Origin: an uncultured Chloroflexia bacterium
GTDB lineage: Bacteria > Chloroflexota > Limnocylindria > Limnocylindrales > CSP1-4
Reading direction: 5' to 3'
Assembly (NCBI GenBank): GCA_963805585.1
Contig: CAWDUR010000015.1
Location: 256-64,255, forward strand
Length of the DNA stretch: 64,000 bases
A program made the position numbers and the translations under genes. Positions 22,785 to 34,606 of this stretch are shown here, piece after piece. The notes under the pieces are model-generated. The model did not search any database and had not been told where the DNA came from. It saw only the letters and a list, made by a program, of their open reading frames with translations. The stretch's first letter is position 1, and every line of letters begins with the position of its first letter.

Positions 22785-23632
22785 ATGCCCACCATCGCCA
22801 TCGTGACCGACACGTCGTCCGACCTGCTCCCCGAGCAGGCGGCCGAGGCGGGCATCCGCCTCGTGCCACTCACCGTCAGCTTCGGCGACGAGACCTTCGA
22901 GGCTGGCACCGAGCTGCGCAACGAGGACTTCTACCCTCGCCTCACGGCGCCTGGCGCAGCCCTGCCCCGGACGGCAGCGCCGAACCCGCAGCAGTTCGAG
23001 GCCGCCTACCGGGAGGCCCTCGACAGCGGCGCCGCCGGCGTCGTCTGCGTCACCCTCAGCCAGAAGCTCTCGGCCACCTACTCGTCGGCCGTCCAGGGCG
23101 CCAGGGCCTTCGAGCCGGGCACCGTCGAGGTCGTCGATTCGCGGACCACACCCACGCCCTGGGCATGATCGCGACCGAGGCGGCAGCCCTGGCGCGGGAG
23201 GGGCGCCAGCCTGGCCGAGGTCGCCGCCCGTGCCCGCGACCTCGCGGACCGCTCGCACCTCTACTTCGCCGTGGACACCCTCGAGTACCTGCAGAAGGGC
23301 GGGCGCATCGGCCGCGCCTCCGCCCTGGTGGGCACGCTGCTGTCCATCAAGCCCATCCTCTTCGTCGAGGACGGCGCCGTGGGCACGGCCGACAAGCTGC
23401 GCACGGCCGCCAAGGCGCGGGCTCGACTCCTGGAGCTGGTCAGCCAGCGCCCCGTCGAGCGCGCCACGGTGCTGCACACGGGCGCCCCGGGGGTCGAGGC
23501 CTTCCGCGACGAGTTCGCCGACGCTCGTCGGCCTCGACGCCGGCGTCGGTCCCCATCGGCCTCGTCGGTCCGGTGGCGGGCACCCACGTGGGGCCCGGCA
23601 TGTACGGCGTTTCGCTCATCACGCCTGCCTAG
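22785..23632 (+). pseudogene. DegV-family (fatty-acid-binding) protein, about four frame changes
   Basis: MPTIAIVTDTSSDLLPE..VTLSQKLSATYSSA; then HALGMIATEAAALAREG; then YFAVDTLEYLQKGGRIGRASALVGTLLSIKPIL; then LVGLDAG; then SVPIGLVGPVAGTHVGPGMYGVSLI*. The segments lie in frames 0/2/0/1/2. Confidence 0.8.
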
Positions 23633-23764
23633 CCGAGGCCGAATGGCCCTTCGGGAGCCGGCGAGCCCGAGGGTACACTCGCGCGGCTTCGGTTCGCATG
23701 CGAGCCCGCCCGCCGTTCCACTCGCTCCGGCCCGGCGCTCGCCCAGTGGGAGGTATGTGTTCCG

Positions 23765-25032
23765 ATGAGTGCCGTCGAGGTCGTCCCCGTCATCGATCCG
23801 TGGGCCTCCGCCCAGCGCCAGTTCGACATCGCCGCTGACCGGCTCGGTCTCGACCCGGCGCTGCGGGCCGTGCTCCGCGAGGCTGAGCGCGAGCTCATCG
23901 TCTCGGTGCCCGTGCGCATGGACGACGGCAGCGTCCAGGTCTTCACCGGCTACCGCGTGCAGCACAACCTGGGCCGCGGTCCGTCCAAGGGCGGCCTCCG
24001 CTACCACCAGGACGTGACCCTCAACGAGGTGCGCGCCCTGGCCATGTGGATGACCTGGAAGTGCGCCGTGGTGGGCATCCCCTTCGGCGGCGGCAAGGGT
24101 GGCGTGCGCGTCGACCCCAAGAAGCTCTCCATGCGCGAGCTGGAGGGCCTGACGCGCCGCTTCACGACGGAGATCAGCGTCCTCATCGGGCCGGAGAAGG
24201 ACATCCCGGCGCCGGACGTCAACACCAACGCCCAGACGATGGCCTGGATCATGGACACCTACTCCATGCACGTCGGCTACACCGTGCCCGGCGTGGTGAC
24301 CGGCAAGCCCATCAGCCTGGGCGGGTCGGAGGGTCGCCACGAGGCCACCGGCCGCGGCGGCGTGGTGACCATCGTGGAGGCTGCCAGGCACCTCGGCCTC
24401 GCCATCGAGGGCGCCACGGTGGCCATCCAGGGCTTCGGCAACGCCGGCGCCACGGCCGCCTACCTGCTCGAGGACCTGGGCGCCAGGGTCGTGGCCGTGT
24501 CCGACTACGTCGGGCGGCATCCACCGCGCCGACGGGCTGGACATCAAGGCCGTTCGCAACTGGAAGGCCGAGCACGGCACGGTGGTCGGCTTCCCCGGTG
24601 CGCGAGCCCATCAGCAACGAGGCGCTGCTCGAGCTGGACGTGGACATCCTGGCCCCGGCGGCCCTGGAGAGCCAGATCACGGCCGCCAACGCCGAGCGGG
24701 TGCGGCCCCGGATCCTGGCGGAGCTGGCCAACGGCCCCACGACGCCCGATGCGGACGTCATCCTCGCCCGCAACGGCGTGTTCGTCATCCCGGACATCCT
24801 CTGCAACGCCGGCGGCGTGACGGTCAGCTACTTCGAGTGGGTGCAGGACCTCAACCGCGACCAGTGGTCGGAGGCCATCGTCAACGCCAAGCTCACCGAG
24901 ATCATGGTGCGCAGCTTCGGCGAGGTGCTGGCCATGTCCCTGCGGGAGAATGTGGACATGCGGCTGGCGGCCTACCTGCTGGCCGTGGACCGCGTGGCCT
25001 CAGCCACGGCGCTGCGCGGCATCTACCCCTAG
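23765..25032 (+). pseudogene. gdh: Glutamate dehydrogenase (Glu/Leu/Phe/Val dehydrogenase family), two frame changes (about 24513 and about 24600)
   Basis: [40 protein letters not shown]; then [22 protein letters not shown]; then [38 protein letters not shown]. Confidence 0.85.
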
Positions 25033-25053
25033 CGCGGAGGAGAGGCAGCGTCG

Positions 25054-25672
25054 ATGCAGCGGCTGGACCACGAGGAGCAGTTCCTCTTCAAGCAGGAGGT
25101 GCAGCAGCTCGCCGAGGCGCTCGGTGAGAGCGGTGCCCTGGACAACGTGGAGGACCTGCTCACCGACGTCATCACCAGCCCGCGCTTCGACTCGGAGGTC
25201 TTCACCCTGGAGCGGTCGCTCCAGGTCATGCTGGGCGCGCGCCCGGGGACCACGCTGGTGGGGCTGCTCACGGTCTCGCCGGAGGTCTTCGACCAGGTGG
25301 CCGAGGTGCGCATCGCCGCCGAGACGCTCGACCGCCTGCGCGCCTGGCGGGCGCGCTTCGGGCTGGCCATCGACAACGCCCTCAACTTCCTCAACAACCC
25401 CGACGGCATCCAGGGCCACGACTTCTCGACGCAGATCGCCAACGTGGACGAGCGGCGCGTGCTGCAGGGCCGCCTGACGCTGGTGCGCTACAACAACGAG
25501 CCGCAGTTCTTCCTGGCCGACGCCCACGTCTTCTACGGGCTCATCGCCGACATCCTCGAGCAGCTCGGGACCGCACACGGACGAGGACGCCATCGACGAG
25601 GAGACGCTGGCCCGGCTGCGCGAGGCGCTCGACCGCCTCGAGCGCAAGTTGGCCTCACGCGAGCGCCGCTGA
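25054..25672 (+). pseudogene. Hypothetical protein (about 205 aa), one apparent frameshift near 25575
   Basis: MQRLDHEEQFLFKQEVQQLAEAL..LVRYNNEPQFFLADAHVFYGLIADILEQLG, then the tail DEDAIDEETLARLREALDRLERKLASRERR* in another frame. No family recognised. Confidence 0.45.
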
Positions 25673-25729
25673 CGGCCACGAGCGTAGGCCGCAGGTCGGC
25701 TGAGTGCCCGCGGCCGGAGGGGCCGAGCC

Positions 25730-26336
25730 TCAGCCCAACAGGCCATTCGCCACGAGGTCGGCGCGCAGGCCGTCGGCACCCCGGAAGTGGTGGACGGCGA
25801 TGCCCAGCGCGCGGGCGGCCACGATGTTGGGCTCGTGGTCATCCACGAACAGGACGTCCTCGCTCCGCAGACCGTACGTGTCCAGCAGGTAGCGGAAGAT
25901 GGCCGGGTCCGGCTTGGCCAGCTTGACGCGCCCGGAGACGACGACGCCATCGAACCAGTCGAGCCACTCGTAGCGTTCCTCGGCGTGGGGGAACTTCTCG
26001 GCCGACCAGTTGCTGAGCGCGTAGAGCGGCACGCTTGCGCTCGTGCAGCTCACGCAGGACGGCCACGGTGTCCTCGTGGGAGCCGGCCAGCGTCTCCGAC
26101 CAGCGCTCGTCGTAGGCGCGGAAGATGTCCGCCCACTGAGGATGCTGGACCACGAGGTCGGCCATGGCGTCCGACCACGAGTCGCCATGGTCGCGAGCCA
26201 GGTTCCAGTCGTGGTTGAGGACCTCGGCCAGGATGGTCTCCATCTCGGCCTCGCGGCCGGGCATGACCTTGCGCAGGAGGTAGCGGGGGTCCCAGTCCAC
26301 GAGGACCCCGCCCAGGTCGAAGACGACGGTGTTCAC
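25730..26336 (-). pseudogene. HAD-superfamily hydrolase (subfamily IA-like), one apparent frameshift near 26035
   Basis: MNTVVFDLGGVLVDWDP (motif I), then ALSNWSAEKF..VVVSGRVKLAKPDPAIF..VLFVDDHEPNIVAARALG in a second frame. Confidence 0.75.
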
Positions 26337-26366
26337 GTCCTCATGCTAATCGGCCGGGCGCCGCCG

Positions 26367-26372
26367 TACCCT
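26367..26372 (+). promoter_or_regulatory. Candidate -10 hexamer TACCCT, 7 nt upstream of ATG 26380 (leaderless-type)
   Basis: Matches TANNNT; the spacing puts the TSS at the start codon. Confidence 0.3.
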
Positions 26373-26379
26373 GTAGGAC

Positions 26380-27640
26380 ATGCGACAGGTCTACCTGGCG
26401 GCCACGGGCATGAACCGCGGCAAGACCACGTTCGCGCTCGGGCTCCTGGCGGCGCTCCTCGAGCGCGGCCTATCGACCGGGCTTCACCAAGCCGGTCGGC
26501 CAGCGCTACGCCATGGTGGACGACATGCCCGCCGACGAGGACGCCATCCTCATGCGGGCCACGTTCGGCCTCGACCGACCCCTACGAGCTGATGAGCCCG
26601 GTGCACATCCCGCGCGGCTTCACCAAGGCCTTCATCCGCGGCGACATCGTGGAGGACCTCGGCGCGCGCATCGAGGCCGCCCACGCGCGCCTCGCCGAGG
26701 GCCGCGAGGCGCTGCTCATCGAGGGCACCGGGCACGCCGGCGTCGGCGCCGTCATCGGGCTCTCCAACGCGGTCGTGGCGGCGCGCCTGCGAGCACCGGC
26801 GGTCATCGTGAGCGAGGCCGGCGTGGGCCGGCCCATCGACGAGATCGTCCTCAACGCGGCGCTCTTCGCGCAGCACGGCGTGCCCCTTGCCGGCGCCGTC
26901 GTCAACAAGGTCGACCTCGACGCCGACCCCTCGCTGGCCGAACTGCTGCGCGACCGGGCTGGCGCGCCACGGCATCGAGCTGCTGGGCGTGCTGCCCTAC
27001 CGGCCCATCCTCGCCCACCCCACCCTGGCCATGCTCCTCGAGCAGATGCACGGGGAGCTGCTGAACCCGGGCGACGACCTGGACCGGGCCATCGAGCACG
27101 TGGCCATCGGCGACATGCAGCCTGGTCACCTGCTCGAGCGCATCGGCCCGGGCACGCTGCTCATCCTGCCCGGCGACCGCCGGGACGTCATCACGGCGGC
27201 CGTGACCGCCCACCGTGCGCAGCGGGTCTGGCAGCCGCGAGCGGCCGCGGCCGGATCCGCCGCGCGAGCCCGCACCCGGGGCGCCCGGCCAGGCCGGCTC
27301 GGCCGCCGTGTCCGTGGCGGGCATGGTCTTCACCGGCGGCATCCGCCCGCACCGCGACGAGCTCGAGTCGCTGCGCGAGCGCCGGCCTCTTCGCCTATCT
27401 GATGGACGACGCGACCTACGAGGTCGCCACCAGGTCCACGGCCTGCTCGTCAAGACGCACCCGGCCAACCGAGCCAAGATCGAGGAGATCAAGCGACTGG
27501 TCACCGATCACTTCGACGTGGACGGGCTGCTCGATCGTCTGGCAGCTGGCCTTGACGCAGGGAGCCCGGTGGAGCACGCCGGGCCCCGTCGGTCGGCTCG
27601 GAGCGGGCGGCAGCGGTCGTCGCGGAGGTGGCTGATCCCA
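26380..27640 (+). pseudogene. Phosphotransacetylase-N-terminal-like protein (BioD/CobQ-like P-loop + DRTGG domain), about six frame changes; 3' end unresolved
   Basis: Segments in alternating frames: MRQVYLAATGMNRGKTTFALGLL; FTKPVGQRY..DEDAILM; LLIEGTGHAGVGAVIGLSNA..AVVNKVD; LGVLPYRPIL..TLLILPGDRRDVI (DRTGG-like); MVFTGGIRP; LFAYLMDDATYEVA; LLVKTHPANRAKIEEIKRLV. Confidence 0.6.
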
Positions 27641-27689
27641 GGCTGCGCCGGCGACGCGCAGCCTCGCAGCGCCCGGTCGGGCGTAGCGC

Positions 27690-28536
27690 CTAGCCTCCAC
27701 GCCCAGCAGGACGTTGTCGATGAGCCGGGTGGTGCCGAAGAAGACCGCCATGGAGAGGAGCGCCGGCCCCTCGACCCGTGCCAACTCGGTCAGCGTCAGG
27801 ACATCGGCGCAGGAGACGTACTCCACCTGGGCCAGCGGCTCCGCTGGCCAGGATCTCCTCCATGAGCCCGCGCAGCACGTCGCCCTCCCGTTCACCCTCC
27901 AGCCAGGCCAGCCGGGCAGCCGTGAGCGCCCGGTGGAGCACGGGCGCCGCCCGCCGCTCCTCCGGCGAGAGGTGCACGTTGCGCGACGAGAGCGCCAGGC
28001 CGTCCGGCTCGCGGACGGTGGGGCAGGGGACGACCCGCGTCGGCAGCGCCAGGTCGCTCGGCCATGCGCCGGATGACCATGACCTGCTGCGCATCCTTCT
28101 GGCCGAAGTAGGCGCGCTCGGCAGCCACGAGCGCGAAGAGGATGGCCACCACCGTGGCCACGCCGTCGAAGTGGCCCGGTCGCGCCGCGCCCTCCAGCGG
28201 TACCGCCACCGCGCCGACGCGCACGAGCGTGTCGAAGCCGGGTGGATAGACCTCCTCGACGCCGGGGAGCCAGACGATGTCGACGCCCTCCGCCGCGCAG
28301 GTGGCCAGGTCGGCGTCCGTGTCGCGCGGGTAGCGCGTGTAGTCGCTGGAGTCGTTGAACTGGCGCGGGTTGACGAAGATGGTGACCACGACCGTGGCGC
28401 TCTCCGCGCGGGCCCGCTGCATGAGCGCCCGGTGACCCTCGTGGAGCCAGCCCATGGTGGGCACCAGGCCGACCGGCCGGGGCACGTCCGCGAGCGCCTC
28501 GCGCAGCTCCGCACGGGTGCGCAGGACGCGGGTCAC
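27690..28536 (-). pseudogene. panC: Pantoate--beta-alanine ligase, at least two frame changes
   Basis: [46 protein letters not shown]; then [20 protein letters not shown]; then [23 protein letters not shown]. As read, the stop is unresolved; TAG 27690-27692 lies in a neighbouring frame. Confidence 0.8.
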
Positions 28537-28572
28537 GCGGGCATCCCCAGCGGCGCGGACGGCTCGACTCGC

Positions 28573-29482
28573 TCAGAGGTCCCGGTCGAGCGGGATGGCC
28601 AGGCTCATGTCCGGCTGGTCCAGGCTGGACCGCCCGAGCACCTCGTCCAGCACGGCCGCGTCCATGGTGCTCGACTCCGCCTCGCCTGGGAAGTCGCGGC
28701 TGATGACAGCGTCGCGATAGGCTGCCACGGCCTCCGCCAGCGCCTTGCCGACCTCGCCGAAGCGACGTGCGTGGCGGGGCGTGTAGCCCTGCGTCAGGCC
28801 CACGACGTCGGTGACGACCTGGATCTCGGCCGAGCGTGTACGGGCCCGCGCCGATGCCGATGGTCGGGATGCGCAGCCGCTCGGTGACGGCCCGGGCCAG
28901 CTCGGCGGGCACGAGCTCCAGGACGACGGCGAAGGCGCCCGCCTCCTGGACGGCCAGCGCGTCGGCGATGAGCTTGCGGGCCGACTCCTTCGAGCGGCCC
29001 TGGACGCGGAAGCCACCCAGTTGGTTGACGGCCTGCGGCGTCAGGCCGATGTGGCCCATGACCGGGATGCCGGTCGAGACGATGGCCTCGATGGTGCGCG
29101 CGGAGCGCACGCCACCCTCCACCTTGACGGCCTGCGCGTAGGCCTCGGAGAGGAAGCGACCGGCGTGCTCCACCGACTCCGCCTCCGAGACGCCGTAGGA
29201 GAGGAAGGGCATGTCGCCCACGACCAGGGCGTGGCGGGCGCCGCGGGCCACGGCTCGCGTGTGGTGCAGCATCTCCTCGATGCTGACGCGCACGGTCGTG
29301 TCGTAGCCGAGCATGACCATGCCCAGGGAGTCGCCCACCAGGATGACCGGGATGCCGGCCTCGTCGACGATGCGCGCGGTCGGGAAGTCGTAGGCGGTGA
29401 TGCAGGCGAAGCGCTCGCCGCTCTCGTGCAGGCGGGCGATGTCGGCGATGGTGATGCGGCGGTCGGGCTTGCTGGCGCTCAT
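28573..29482 (-). pseudogene. panB: 3-methyl-2-oxobutanoate hydroxymethyltransferase, one apparent frameshift near 28840
   Basis: ITAYDFPTARIVDEAGIPVILVGDSLGMVMLGY..VVGDMPFLSY..VKVEGG..GHIGLTPQ..IPTIGIGAGP, then IQVVTDVVGL..PRHARRF in a second frame. Confidence 0.85.
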
Positions 29483-30730
29483 CGGTCCAATGATGCACCG
29501 CCTGACGCCCGCAGGTGCAGGAGCCGGTCGAGGAGGTCATGGGCGATGGCTGACTTGGCGGCCGGTGGCCATGGCTCCGGGGGCCTGCCGGGCACGATGA
29601 TGGTGACGCGGTTCGTCTCCGTGCCGAAGCCGGAGCCCGGCTCCGAGACGTCGTTGGCGACCAGCAGGTCCACGCCCTTGCGTGCCGCCTTCTGCGGCGC
29701 GCGTTCGAGCGAACCGGACTCCGCCGCGAAGCCCACGATGAGGGGACGACGGAGCGGGTCATCGCCGTCGGCCCGGGCCTGCGCGGCGGCCTCGGCAAGG
29801 ATGTCCGGCGTGGGCTCCAGCTCCAGGGTCAGGCCCTCGGACCGGGTCAACTTGTCTTCAGCCACGCTGCGCGGCCGGAAGTCGGCCACCGCCGCGGCCA
29901 TGACGAGCGCATCGCAGCCCGGCAGTGCCGCCAGGACGGCCTCGCGCATCCGTGCGGTCGTCTCGGCCTCCACCAGCTCTGCGCCCATCCGGCGGCGGTA
30001 CGCTGGTGGTGCCCTTCACGAGCGTGACACGGGCGCCCCGCTCCAGCGCCGCCTCCGCGATGGCGAAGCCCATGCGGCCGCTGGAACGGTTGCCGATGAA
30101 GCGCACCGGATCGATGGGCTCCGCGGTGCCGCCGGCGCTCACGACGATGTGCCAGCCAGCCAGGTCCGCAGGTCGTCCGGCAACGACGCCCACCACGGTC
30201 TCCACGAGCAGCGGGAGTGACGCCAGGCGTCCGACCCCTACCTGGCCGGAGGCCAGCGGTCCGGAGGCCGGGTCCACCACGGTGTAGCCGAACTCGCGCA
30301 GCCGTCGCACGTTGCCCACGGTGGCTGGGTGAGCGAACATGTCTCCGTCCATGGCCGGCGCCACGACCACCGGTGCGCGCGTGGCGAGGCAGGTGGCGGT
30401 GATGACGTCGTCGGCCAAGCCGTTGGCCATGGCCCCCAGCCAGCGGGCCGTGGCCGGAGCCACGAGCACGGCGGCGGCCGAGTCGGCGGCCACGATGTGG
30501 CTGATGCGCCGGTCAGCCTGCAGCTCCAGCGGGTCGAGCATGACCGGCCGGCCCGAGAGGGTCTCCAGCGTGAGCGGGCCGATGAAATGGGTGGCAGCGC
30601 TCGTCATCATGACCTGCACCTCGGCCCCCGCGACGACGAGCTGGCGCAGCAGCTCGGCGGCCTTGTAGGCGGCGATGGAGCCGGTGACGCCCAATAGGAT
30701 GAGGCGCCCCTCGAGGGGTCGATCGGTCAT
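29479..30730 (-). pseudogene. coaBC: Bifunctional phosphopantothenoylcysteine decarboxylase / synthetase, one apparent frameshift near 29990
   Basis: [59 protein letters not shown], then [27 protein letters not shown] in a second frame. ATGA overlap with coaX. Confidence 0.85.
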
Positions 30731-31678
30731 GACGGTGCTCCAGCTCCAGGTCGGGTGGCGATGTGCTCGGCGAGCAGGCCCAGACCGCGCAACACGAGCT
30801 CGGGATCCAGCACGTCGGCGATGGCGGGCAGGTTCGGGCTGGCCGGCCGGCACCAGGCTGCGCGCGCCCAAGAGGCAGCGGCGTGACCTCCGGTGACCAC
30901 GACCCTGGGTGCCGAGGAGCCGAGCTGGCGACGGGCCCGGCACCGGTGGGCCGGGTGCCGATGGTCCAAGCTCCGGCAGGTCGATGGCCCCCGCCCCGAT
31001 GAGGCCGACCTGGCTGGCCAGGCGCTCGCGCATCCTCGTCACGAGCTCGCGCACGGCGCCCAGGTGCCCGATGACGATGCCGCTCTGCAGCGCCGCCGCG
31101 GTGTCCACGCCGATGGCGTCGTCGGGCAGCTCCAGCTCTACCCGCGGCAGTCGCGCCGTGCCCTCGGCCAGGGCCCGCGCCGCCAGGCCAAGGCCCGGCA
31201 GGATGGCGCCACCCAGGAAGAAGCCATCGGCGTCCACGGCATCGACAGTAGTGGCCGTGCCCAGGTCCACGACGACGACGGGTCGGCCGTGGAGGACGCT
31301 GGCGGCCCAGGCCGCGAGCAGTCGGTCCGGGCCGGTCAGGTCGGGGCGCGGCAGCGCCGTCAGCAGCGGGATGCGATCGGCGCCCGCGACCGTGAGGGGC
31401 AGCCCCAGCGTCCCAGCGGCGCGCTCGAGGCGTGCCGTCCAGCGATCCACGACGCTGATGGCCACGATGGAATCGGGTGGCACGCGAGCCTTCTCGACCA
31501 GCATGCGCAAGCCCGCCGTGAGGTCCGCCGTCGAGGCCACGGACGTGTCCAGCCGGCCCGCCTCGCGGACGGTGCTGCCATCGATGAGGGCAGCCTTCGC
31601 GGCGCTGTTGCCGATGTCCACGCCGATGATCACAGCGCGATGATAGGCCCGGCCGATGGCGGTGGGCTGCGATACCAT
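30727..31678 (-). pseudogene. coaX: Type III pantothenate kinase, apparent frameshift near 30950
   Basis: [50 protein letters not shown], then [20 protein letters not shown] in a second frame. An alternative GTG start at 31633 would give [10 protein letters not shown]. Confidence 0.8.
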
Positions 31679-31735
31679 CGGCTGCGTCGTCGATCCCACG
31701 GTCCGGCGGGCGCGGGCCGCGAACAGGAGGGGTGT

Positions 31736-32239
31736 GTGTCGTTCGAGCCGCCGGCCAAGTTCTTCGTCAACAGCGGCCTGGCCTCGAACCCCGTGGACAT
31801 CTACCACCTGCTGCGTCCCCTCCTGCGGCAGACCGTCGCGTACCGCTACCTGCGTGCCGGAAAGGTGGTCGCCCACGGCACCGGCTGGGTCGAGCGCATC
31901 GTGGCCGACCGGCCAGACGTCTCGTCCTTCTTCACGCCGCTCTCGATCTGCCTCTCGGTGGCCTCCTGGGAGCACCTCGAGTTCGAGACACGTCCCGACC
32001 AGCTCATCACCTACACCCTGGTCCAGGGAGACGAGCGGGTCGTGCTGCAGTTCGCGCCGGCCCCTGGCGCCGACCAGGAGGAGGCCATCCAGGAGCTGCT
32101 GCCCTTCCAGGTCATGCCCGGCTACATCCAGATGGAGCTCGGTGCACTGGACGTGGAGGAGTCCTCCGCTGATCGGGACCGGCCGCCCGCGGCTGACGGA
32201 GGAGCCGGGGGCCCCGGCGAAGGCGGGTCGACCACCTGA
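31736..32239 (+). CDS. Hypothetical protein (167 aa)
   Basis: AGGAGG sits 5 nt upstream of GTG 31736. The + frame is protein-like ([25 protein letters not shown]..) whereas the overlapping minus-strand long ORF looks like an antisense shadow. No family recognised. Confidence 0.55.
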   Translation: MSFEPPAKFFVNSGLASNPVDIYHLLRPLLRQTVAYRYLRAGKVVAHGTGWVERIVADRPDVSSFFTPLSICLSVASWEHLEFETRPDQLITYTLVQGDERVVLQFAPAPGADQEEAIQELLPFQVMPGYIQMELGALDVEESSADRDRPPAADGGAGGPGEGGSTT

Positions 32240-32283
32240 CCTCGTGGGTCGACCACCTGATGACGGCAGGTCGACGCGCCTGA
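32225..32283. repeat. Three direct repeats GGTCGAC-N5-CTGA(C/T) with 21-22 nt period
   Basis: GGGTCGACCACCTGA at 32225-32239 and identically at 32246-32260. A third copy, AGGTCGACGCGCCTGA, is at 32268-32283. The array spans the stop of the upstream ORF and the region upstream of the M16 gene. Confidence 0.8.
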
Positions 32284-32319
32284 CGTGCAAGGCAACCCGT
32301 GCCTCGCGCCCAGCCCGTG

Positions 32320-32325
32320 TAGCAT
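32320..32325 (+). promoter_or_regulatory. Candidate -10 hexamer TAGCAT, 9 nt upstream of ATG 32335
   Basis: Matches TANNNT. It lies about 37 nt downstream of the repeat array. Confidence 0.3.
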
Positions 32326-32334
32326 GACGGCCCG

Positions 32335-33599
32335 ATGTTCCAACGCACCGCGCTGCCCGACGGGCCACGCGTCATCTCCGCTCGCCTGCCCGGCCTCCGC
32401 TCGCTCTCCGTGGCCGTCCACGTCCTCGTTGGCTCGCGCGGCGAGACGCGGCGCACTTCGGGGCTGGCCCACTTCATGGAGCACATCACCTTCAAGGGCA
32501 CGCGAGACCTGCCCACCACGCGTGACGTGTCCGACGCCATCGAGGGCGTCGGCGGCTCCTGCAACGCGGCCACCGACCGGGAGACGACGGTCTACTGGAC
32601 GCGGCTGCCACTGCGCGAGGCCGAGCGGGGCGTCCACGTCCTGGCCGAGCTGACGCTGCGACCGCAGCTGCGCAGCCAGGACATCGCCCACGAGCGGGAG
32701 ATCATCGTCGATGAGATCCGCTCCTATCGCGATGACCCCGGCCAGTACATCTACAACCTCTGGGACGAGGCCTACTTCGGCGACTCGCCGCTGGGCTGGG
32801 AGATCGCCGGCGACGAGGATACGGTGCGTTCACTCAGCGACTCGGACATCCGCGACTTCTGGTCCGCCCACTACCGGCCCGCGAACCTGGTCGTGGCGGC
32901 AGCCGGTGACATCGCCCACGAGGACGTCGTGGAGCTGGTCGACGTCGCCTTCGGCCGGGGCGCGGGCGAGCGGGCAGACGGTCCCACCCGCGCCACGTTC
33001 GCCCGTCGAGCGCCTGCGCGTGCAGCAGCGCGACACGTCGCAGGCCTACCTCTGCCTGGGCGTCACGGGCCTGCCGCGCGACCATGCCGACCAGTGGACC
33101 CTGGACCTGCTCAACACGGTCCTGGGGGACGGCACGTCGTCGCGACTCTTCATGGCCATCCGCGAGGAGGCCGGTCTCGCCTACGACGTGCACTCCTTCC
33201 AGACCGACTACGCTGACTGCGGCACGCTGCAGGTCTACCTCGGCGCGGACGCCGGCGACGTGCAGGCCGGCTGCCGAGCGAGTCCTCGTGGAGCTGTCGC
33301 GGCTCCGTGACGAGCGGGTCCCGGCTGCCGAACTCGAGCGAGCCCGCAACTACGCCCTCGGGCGCCTGGAGCTGCGCCTGGAGGAATCGAGGGCCATGGC
33401 GTCGTTCCTGGGCAGCCAGGAGGCGCTCCACGACCGGGTCATGACGATGGACGAGGTGATGGACGAGCTGCGGGCGGTGACGGCCGACGACATCCAGTCC
33501 CTGGCGGGGCGGCTCTTCCGCGACGAGGCGCTGTGCGCGGCCCTCATCAGCCCCGACCCCGAGTCCCTCGGCCTCGACAGCGGGCTGCGCCTGCCATGA
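32335..33599 (+). pseudogene. M16-family zinc peptidase (insulinase/pitrilysin-like), two frame changes (about 32985 and about 33270)
   Basis: SGLAHFMEHITFKGT (HxxEH), ..EREIIVDEI..; then YLCLGV..LLNTVLGDGTSSRLFMAIREEAGLAYDV; then ELERARNYALGRLEL. Confidence 0.85.
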
Positions 33600-34597
33600 G
33601 CGATCAGCCGGTCCGGCCACCATCCGGCGATGCCGCCACCCCCGCATGCCGGGCCGCCGCGACCGGGCACGCCGGCGCCAGGTGCGCCGCCCAGCGCACC
33701 GATGGTGCCGCCCGGCGGGCCACCCGCCACCGGCGCACCATCGTGGCCTCTCCACCTGGATACCGCCCACCCGGGCCACCGCCCAACCGATTGCCGCCCG
33801 GCGCCGCCGCCACCAGCCGGACCGGCGCCCCAGCCAACCACCACCCGGGCCGGGCGCGTCGGCCGGGAGCAGGTCCGGCCGCTCCGCCGCCGGTCGCTCC
33901 GCCAGCTGCCGGTGCGCCCGCGGCGCGGCTCGCTGGATCCGTGCCGATCCGCGCCCCCGTCGCGACCGACTCCCGGCGCTGCGCCTCCTGGCCCGGGGAG
34001 GACCAGGCGACCGCCATCGACCGCTCTGCCGATGCCCGCCTGGCCCGACTCCACCTGCGGGGCGGCCTGCTGTCCCTCGCGCGCGCCTCGCTGGAGCAGA
34101 TGGCCGGTGCCGGGACCCTGGACGTGCCGGCCATGGCCGATCTGGCCGAGGCCCGCTGGCGCAGCGGTGACCTGGAAGGTGCGGCCGATGCCGCCCGCGC
34201 CCACCAGTCGTCTGGTGGTGCCGAGCCGCTGGCTGCGCTCATCCTGGCCGAGGACCTCATGCGCATCGGGCAGGCGGCTGATGCGCGCCGCTACGCGGAG
34301 TTCGTGTTGGCCCGAGCCGGCGGCGCGGCCGACCAGCTCTTCGCCCAGGAGCCGCGCAGTCCGATCTGGCCTGCGCCCGACGGTGGCTGGATGGCGCACG
34401 GCGCTGACGCTCCGGGGCACGCGGGGCTCCTCGTCGGCGGCAGCGAGGTCGCGGCGCCCACGCCGCGGACGTGGATCCTCGAGCCGTCGCCCGGTCAGCG
34501 GGCTCGAGTCGGACTCGCTGCCGGCAGCCGGTCCCGGCGGGCCGGGGCGCGGCTGCGGCCCCGGGTGGCCCATCATCCACCGCGGCCGTGGTCATGA
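33596..34597 (+). pseudogene. Proline-rich hypothetical protein with a helical-repeat C-terminal part; reading frame uncertain
   Basis: ATG 33596 overlaps the M16 stop (ATGA). All three + frames are open and Pro/Ala/Arg-rich over 33630-34000. Frame 2 later gives ARLARLHLRGGLLSLARASLEQMAG..AEARWRSGDLEGAADAARA. Confidence 0.35.
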
Positions 34598-34606
34598 GCG
34601 GGCGGC

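Noticed and set aside
29858-32368. Very long ORFs on the opposite strand of recognised genes. Examples: the N-terminal 230 aa of 29858-32368, plus 35426-38287, 4768-6639, 1869-2480, 19788-21146 and the 42972-44552 extension.
   Set aside because: These are Arg/Gly/Ala/Pro-rich, low-complexity translations typical of antisense shadow ORFs in GC-rich DNA. In each case the opposite strand carries strongly recognisable motifs.
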